A stretch of DNA of 64,000 nucleotides from a virus, in IMG/VR virus record IMGVR_UViG_3300027963_000041, positions 79,096-143,095 of that record, one strand, 5' to 3'. The position numbers were made by a program, and so were the translations under genes. Positions within the stretch are counted from its first letter, which is position 1, and each line of letters opens with the position of its first letter. Positions 58,978-64,000 of this stretch are shown piece by piece. Below the pieces are notes generated by a model. It saw only the letters and a list, made by a program, of their open reading frames with translations, was not told the DNA's origin and made no database searches.

Positions 58978-59237
58978 AATACCTTCTAGTTGTATTGATC
59001 ATTATGTTATCAGGTTGCAGTACTGTTGTGCCAGTGAAGCGTAAGTTTCCTGACGCACCAGAAACTCTTTTAAGATCATGTTCTGAGTTGAAGAAACTTG
59101 AGAAAGACGAACCACTTCTTAGTGAAGTGATAAAGTCTGTAACTCAAAATTATACTCTCTATCATGAATGCTCATTGAAAAATGACGCATGGATTGAGTG
59201 GTATAATCAGCAGAAAAAAACATTCGATATTAAATAG
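58974..59237 (+). CDS. Outer-membrane spanin lipoprotein (Rz1-like)
   Basis: Lipobox LSGC, Pro-rich segment, additional Cys. Confidence 0.7.
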   Translation: MKYLLVVLIIMLSGCSTVVPVKRKFPDAPETLLRSCSELKKLEKDEPLLSEVIKSVTQNYTLYHECSLKNDAWIEWYNQQKKTFDIK

Positions 59238-59245
59238 GAGAGCAA

Positions 59246-59869
59246 ATGGAATTAACACTAGAACAATTGAAGCAGTTGTTGCCAAAGAATCCATACGTGG
59301 AGTATTGGCACAAAGCATTGTCTCAATTACTACCAGACTACGAAATTAATACGCCACAAAGAGTAGCGGCATTTATTGCTCAATGCGCTCATGAGTCAGG
59401 TGGCTTTATGGTTCTCAAAGAGAATCTAAACTACAAAGCGGCAAGTCTTAGAAAGATTTTTCCTAAGTACTTTCCAGACGATGCAATAGCGCAACGCTAT
59501 GCTTCAATGCCTAATAAACAAGAAGCGATTGCAAATAAAGTTTATGCAAATCGTATGGGTAACGGACCTGAAGAGTCTGGTGATGGCTACAGATATTGTG
59601 GTCGTGGTTTGATTCAATTGACTGGTCGCCAGAACTATACATGGTTTGCGGCTTCATTAGAAATTACACCTGAAGAAGCAACAGAATATCTCGGAACATT
59701 TGAAGGTGCGGCTCAGTCTGCATGTTGGTTCTGGGAAACAAACAAGTTAAATCAATGGGCAGATGCAGGAGATATTGTCACATTGACTAAAAGAATTAAC
59801 GGTGGTACAATTGGTCTTGAAGACCGAATTAAACACTACGAACACGCTTTACATGTATTAGGAGTATAA
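59246..59869 (+). CDS. Glycoside hydrolase family 19 endolysin
   Basis: AQCAHESGGF, ENLNY, GRGLIQLTG..NY, TKRINGG. Confidence 0.92.
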   Translation: MELTLEQLKQLLPKNPYVEYWHKALSQLLPDYEINTPQRVAAFIAQCAHESGGFMVLKENLNYKAASLRKIFPKYFPDDAIAQRYASMPNKQEAIANKVYANRMGNGPEESGDGYRYCGRGLIQLTGRQNYTWFAASLEITPEEATEYLGTFEGAAQSACWFWETNKLNQWADAGDIVTLTKRINGGTIGLEDRIKHYEHALHVLGV

Positions 59870-59872
59870 GTC

Positions 59873-59992
59873 ATGTTAGAAACACTATTTTGGTTAGCAC
59901 TAGGCGCATTTGTTGGATGGAATTTTCCTCAACCCGAATTTGCAAAACGCATACAGGCTAAAGTTCTGATTGCGTTTAAAAAGGATCAATAA
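59873..59992 (+). CDS. Small membrane protein (not in ORF track)
   Basis: 39 aa MLETLFWLALGAFVGWNFPQP...; AGGAG RBS. Confidence 0.55.
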   Translation: MLETLFWLALGAFVGWNFPQPEFAKRIQAKVLIAFKKDQ

Positions 59993-59993
59993 A

Positions 59994-60500
59994 ATGACCG
60001 AACAAATTAAACTAAGCGAAAGTGAACAAAAGAAAGAAGATTGGATGAACTCAAAGTGGCGTCCAATGATGGGTTGGATGTACATGGTAGTTTGTACCAT
60101 GGACATGGTTATATTTCCAATCCTGTGGAGTCTATTACAGTCTTTAAATCATGGCCAAGTTACAAGCCAATGGCAACCTCTAACACTACAAGGTGCTGGA
60201 CTATTTCATATTGCAATGGGTGCAGTTCTTGGTCTTGCGGCATGGGGTCGAACACAGGAAAAACTAGGTGGAGCAAACAATGGCGGTATTCAGATGCCAT
60301 CTAATGCTGGTACAACTTATATTCCACCAGGTCAAGGTCAAGTTAATGTAAACAATCAATCTGGTTATTCACAACCACAAAGTAATTTTAACAGTCGATT
60401 CAACGGCACTTCCGCATCGGATTTAAATCAACCAGTTTCAGTAACAGTAGGATTTGGTGGTAAATTTGCACCACCTCCTGCGCCGCAACCATTAATCTAA
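59994..60500 (+). CDS. Putative holin
   Basis: WRPMMGW, two hydrophobic segments, GR..EK; lysis cassette. Confidence 0.6.
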   Translation: MTEQIKLSESEQKKEDWMNSKWRPMMGWMYMVVCTMDMVIFPILWSLLQSLNHGQVTSQWQPLTLQGAGLFHIAMGAVLGLAAWGRTQEKLGGANNGGIQMPSNAGTTYIPPGQGQVNVNNQSGYSQPQSNFNSRFNGTSASDLNQPVSVTVGFGGKFAPPPAPQPLI

Positions 60501-60509
60501 GGAACTAAT

Positions 60510-60725
60510 ATGAAGAAAATATTTGCATCAGTTTTGCTTGCATCCCTTGCATTATTCAGTTATAATGTAGGTGTTGCCGCTGAAACAAAAAAAGTATGTG
60601 TAGACAAGATTACCAAAGACGGTAAGCCAGTCTTAGACAAAGCAGGTAAACCAGTACAAGAGTGTAAGGAAATGAAAGTCCACAAGAAACTCGAAGGTAC
60701 TGAAGTTCCTCCAGCAAAGAAATAA
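60510..60725 (+). CDS. Small secreted protein with Cys pair
   Basis: Sec signal peptide, C..C spaced 22 aa apart. Confidence 0.6.
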   Translation: MKKIFASVLLASLALFSYNVGVAAETKKVCVDKITKDGKPVLDKAGKPVQECKEMKVHKKLEGTEVPPAKK

Positions 60726-60727
60726 TC

Positions 60728-61162
60728 ATGTCTGACAATACGGTCGAAATAAAAATTGATGTTGAAGTACTTAAAGAAAAAGTAGAACACATCACTCATC
60801 TTTGTTCAAAGATGGATCAAATTATAGAAAAACTAGTCGATAATCAAGACCGTATTGTCACGCAAATTTACAACGATATGGAACAGAGAAAAAGGGACAC
60901 CGTGGAAGACGTAAAAGAATTACATTCGCGAATTACTACAGTTGACAGAAACCTATCAGATAAGATAGAATTAACTGAACGTAGGATCATGGATGAGATT
61001 AAATCTCTTCGCCATGCGATGGATGCACATAATAGAAAAGAAGATGAAGATTTGAAAAAAATCTCCCAATGGAAATGGATGATTGCAGGTGGTGTTGTAG
61101 TTTTAGCATGGTTAATTTCAAACGTAAATATGACAGTTTTGGCAAAGTTATTCGGGGGTTGA
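60728..61162 (+). CDS. Coiled-coil protein with C-terminal TM
   Basis: Helical body ending WKWMIAGGVVVLAWL. Confidence 0.65.
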   Translation: MSDNTVEIKIDVEVLKEKVEHITHLCSKMDQIIEKLVDNQDRIVTQIYNDMEQRKRDTVEDVKELHSRITTVDRNLSDKIELTERRIMDEIKSLRHAMDAHNRKEDEDLKKISQWKWMIAGGVVVLAWLISNVNMTVLAKLFGG

Positions 61163-61187
61163 CTTTCCCTTCATTGTTTAGTATAAT
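61159..61187 (+). promoter_or_regulatory. sigma70-type promoter for primase
   Basis: TTGACT-17-TATAAT. Confidence 0.8.
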
Positions 61188-61226
61188 AGACAGAATGCTA
61201 TAGTTTTGTCTATAATGGGATACATT

Positions 61227-62255
61227 ATGAGTTTGTGGGTTGATCAACAGTACATCGGTACAATTTCCGTAAGATTAGATAAGTTTAAGAGAAAAAGCGA
61301 CTATCTCTATAACTTCCGTTGCCCTATTTGTGGCGACAGTCAAACCAATCGCAATAAGGCGAGGGGTTATCTTTTCGCGCAGAAAGGCGGCATGTTTTAT
61401 AAATGCCACAACTGTTCCGCAAGTATGTCTCTTGGCACTCTTATCAAAGAGTTAGACCAATCACTCTACAAACAATATTGTCTTGACCGATACAAAGAAG
61501 GTGAGACAGGACGCAAATCACACAAAGAACATGGCTTTATTTTTAAGCCTGTGACATTTCAAACTACAAAAGAAAATAACGCATTCAAAGGCTTACTTTC
61601 GCCAATAAAAAAATTGGCAGAAGAGCATGAAGTGTGCGAATATCTACGGAGTCGAAAGATTCCCGAACATAGATATGATGACCTATATTTTGTAGACGAT
61701 ATTCAAAAGTTTAAGCAATTCGCGGATGGCTATGACGATAAAATTGTCGGTAGCGAACCGCGTTTAGTTTTGCCTTTCTTTGATTTGAATGATGATCTAA
61801 TCGGCTTGTCTGGTCGTGCTGTTCGTGGCGAGAAGTTACGATATGTAACGATTAGAATTAAAGATGATGCACCTATGATATTTGGTCTGAACAATGTAGA
61901 TAAATCTAAAACAATCTACGTTACTGAAGGTCCTATCGATAGTTTATTTTTACCTAATGCAATTGCGTCAGGTAATGCGAATCTTAAATCAGTCGGAGAT
62001 GTATTTGCGAAAAGTAATTTGGTATTAATCTACGACAATGAACCTAGAAATAAAGAAATTGTTAGAGAAATAAAGTCAGCAATTGATGACGGCTTTAGCG
62101 TCTGCATTTGGCCTAAGGCAATAATCGAAAAAGATATAAATGATATGGTAGTAAAGCAAAAATTAAGCGTAGATGAAATTCAATCTATTATAGATAAAAA
62201 TACTTTCGCGGGACCTGAAGCGTTGATGCAATTTAATGTATGGAAGAAATTATGA
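61227..62255 (+). CDS. gp61: DNA primase gp61
   Basis: CPICGDS...CHNC zinc finger, EGPIDS, DNEPRN, KDIND. Confidence 0.94.
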   Translation: MSLWVDQQYIGTISVRLDKFKRKSDYLYNFRCPICGDSQTNRNKARGYLFAQKGGMFYKCHNCSASMSLGTLIKELDQSLYKQYCLDRYKEGETGRKSHKEHGFIFKPVTFQTTKENNAFKGLLSPIKKLAEEHEVCEYLRSRKIPEHRYDDLYFVDDIQKFKQFADGYDDKIVGSEPRLVLPFFDLNDDLIGLSGRAVRGEKLRYVTIRIKDDAPMIFGLNNVDKSKTIYVTEGPIDSLFLPNAIASGNANLKSVGDVFAKSNLVLIYDNEPRNKEIVREIKSAIDDGFSVCIWPKAIIEKDINDMVVKQKLSVDEIQSIIDKNTFAGPEALMQFNVWKKL

Positions 62256-62926
62256 AAGTAAGGTTAGTCTCTTATTCACAAATGTCAGAGGAATTGAAGA
62301 ATGATATTCGATACTCAATGGATGCACAGGAACTTGTCGCGTATTGTGCCAGGGTATCAAATCCAGCCAGTCAGTCCAGTAATGAAAACTCAGAACGACT
62401 TATTCGATACCTCGCAAGACACAAGCACTGGTCACCATTCGAAATGGTCTCAGTCTGCCTCGAAGTTGAAACCACAAGAGATATTGCAAGACAATTCCTA
62501 CGACACAGAAGTTTTTCCTTTCAGGAATTTAGCCAACGATACGCTGATCCAACGAAAGATTTGGATTTCGTATGTCGAGAGGCACGCCTTCAGGACACCG
62601 CTAATAGACAAAACAGCGTAGAAGTAGATGATCAACTATTACAAAACGATTGGTATCGCGCACAGCAAAGAGTGATCTATGCGGCTAGAAGAGAATATGA
62701 ATGGGCTATTGCAAATGGTATTGCAAAAGAACAAGCAAGAGCAGTTTTACCTGAGGGTCTAACTGTATCTAGACTCTATGTGAATGGAACACTCAGATCA
62801 TGGTTACATTACATTGAACTGAGAAGCGGAAATGGAACTCAAAAGGAACACATTGAAATTGCAAAGGCTTGCGCTGAAGTGATTGTAAAAATATTCCCAA
62901 TGGTTAAAGAATTTGTACAAGAATAA
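62252..62926 (+). CDS. thyX: Flavin-dependent thymidylate synthase
   Basis: HWSPFE, RHRSFSFQEFSQRY, EQARAVLP. Confidence 0.95.
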   Translation: MKVRLVSYSQMSEELKNDIRYSMDAQELVAYCARVSNPASQSSNENSERLIRYLARHKHWSPFEMVSVCLEVETTRDIARQFLRHRSFSFQEFSQRYADPTKDLDFVCREARLQDTANRQNSVEVDDQLLQNDWYRAQQRVIYAARREYEWAIANGIAKEQARAVLPEGLTVSRLYVNGTLRSWLHYIELRSGNGTQKEHIEIAKACAEVIVKIFPMVKEFVQE

Positions 62927-62938
62927 TAAAGGAAGAAA

Positions 62939-64000
62939 ATGAAAATTGATTTTTCTAGGGACGCATTATTTGACGAATTAGGTTTAAAGCGTTTAAAAGA
63001 AAGTTACATGCGCGAGGATGAAGAGAGCCCTCAGGAAAGATTTGCATATGTGTCAAAAGCGTTTGGAAGTAATGATGCACACGCACAACGTCTTTATGAT
63101 TATGCTAGTAAGCACTGGCTTTCATACTCTACTCCAATTCTTAGTTTTGGTCGTAGCAAGCGTGGTCTTCCTATCTCTTGTTTCTTACCTTATCTAGATG
63201 ATAGTGCAGAAGGTTTAGTTGATTGTTTGGCTGAAGTAAATTGGCTTTCAATGTTAGGAGGTGGAGTTGGAATCGGTGTTGGAATACGTTCCGCTGATGA
63301 TAAGTCTGTTGGTGTTATGCCTCACTTACGCACTTATGATGCGTCAAGTCTCGCATATCGCCAGGGTCGTACTCGCCGTGGTTCTTACGCCGCTTACCTT
63401 GATATTAGCCATCCAGATATTCTTCTTTTTCTTGACATGAGAAAGCCAACAGGCGATCCAAACATGAGAGCAATGAACTTGCATCACGGCATCAATATCA
63501 CAGATGACTTTATGCAGATCATTGAGAATTGTATGATTGATTCAAAAGCAGATGACTCTTGGCATTTAAGAGACCCACACAATAACGACATAAGAGAAAC
63601 AGTATCAGCAAGAGAATTGTGGCAACGCATTCTTGAAAATCGCATGATGACTGGTGAACCATACTTGCATTTCATAGATACAAGTAACAAGGCAATGCCT
63701 GAGTTTCAAAAGAAACTTGGTATGTCAATTCGTCAGAGCAACTTATGTTCTGAAATTATTTTACCAACAGGCAAAGATCGAACCGCAGTTTGTTGTTTGT
63801 CTTCAGTTAATTTGGAGTACTTCGATGAGTGGAAAAATAATAAACAGTTCCTCCGTGATGTTGCTGAGATGCTTGATAATGTTTTACAGTATTTTATTGA
63901 TAACGCGCCAACTACCATTCCCAGAGCCATTCATTCTGCTAGGTCTGAGCGTTCTATTGGTGTTGGAGCCTTAGGCTTTCATGCTTACTTGCAGAAAAAT
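62939..64000 (+). CDS. nrdA: Ribonucleotide reductase class I alpha subunit, no ATP cone (runs off window end)
   Basis: STPILS, PISCF, GGGVG, SNLCSEI, CCLSS, RSIGVG. Confidence 0.92.
   Translation, partial: MKIDFSRDALFDELGLKRLKESYMREDEESPQERFAYVSKAFGSNDAHAQRLYDYASKHWLSYSTPILSFGRSKRGLPISCFLPYLDDSAEGLVDCLAEVNWLSMLGGGVGIGVGIRSADDKSVGVMPHLRTYDASSLAYRQGRTRRGSYAAYLDISHPDILLFLDMRKPTGDPNMRAMNLHHGINITDDFMQIIENCMIDSKADDSWHLRDPHNNDIRETVSARELWQRILENRMMTGEPYLHFIDTSNKAMPEFQKKLGMSIRQSNLCSEIILPTGKDRTAVCCLSSVNLEYFDEWKNNKQFLRDVAEMLDNVLQYFIDNAPTTIPRAIHSARSERSIGVGALGFHAYLQKN

Noticed and set aside
1474-63930. Remaining minus-strand and nested alternative-frame ORFs in the track
   Set aside because: They overlap well-supported + strand genes and show no recognisable motifs
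1-64000. Stop-codon reassignment, tRNA genes, CRISPR array, DGR
   Set aside because: Core genes are full-length in the standard code; no cloverleaf, repeat-spacer array or reverse transcriptase seen by eye

Overview
A 64-kb segment of a lytic T4-like myovirus with a cyanophage/pelagiphage-type gene order. All credible genes are on the + strand and use the standard genetic code. The host is probably a Gram-negative proteobacterium (inference from the spanins, Hsp20 and LPS-sugar genes). Order: neck/tail/terminase/head module (gp14-gp23, two gp19 tail-tube paralogues, a collagen fibre gene after the portal), gp3-uvsY-uvsW-gp55-gp47-gp46, an accessory enzyme operon (peptide deformylase, GNAT-like/2OG-hydroxylase fusion, PLP enzyme, cupin, split HldE-like pair, dCMP deaminase, large amino-methyltransferase-fold protein), an early region with a VWA-metalloprotease/MoxR pair, replication genes (gp45, gp44, gp62, regA, a gp43 split in two around a 2OG-Fe(II) oxygenase gene, uvsX, gp41), a late block of putative capsid-packaged protease-processed proteins, a lysis cassette, primase, thyX and a truncated nrdA. 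Many TATAAATA late promoters and sigma70-type promoters are visible. Best candidates for novelty: (i) a putative DNA hypermodification pathway, (ii) the oxygenase-interrupted split polymerase, (iii) virion-packaged modular polyproteins including a ligase-fold enzyme, (iv) an H-type RNA pseudoknot in front of the hsp20 operon and an antisense promoter upstream of gp55. Assignments come from recognising motifs by eye; no database searches were run.
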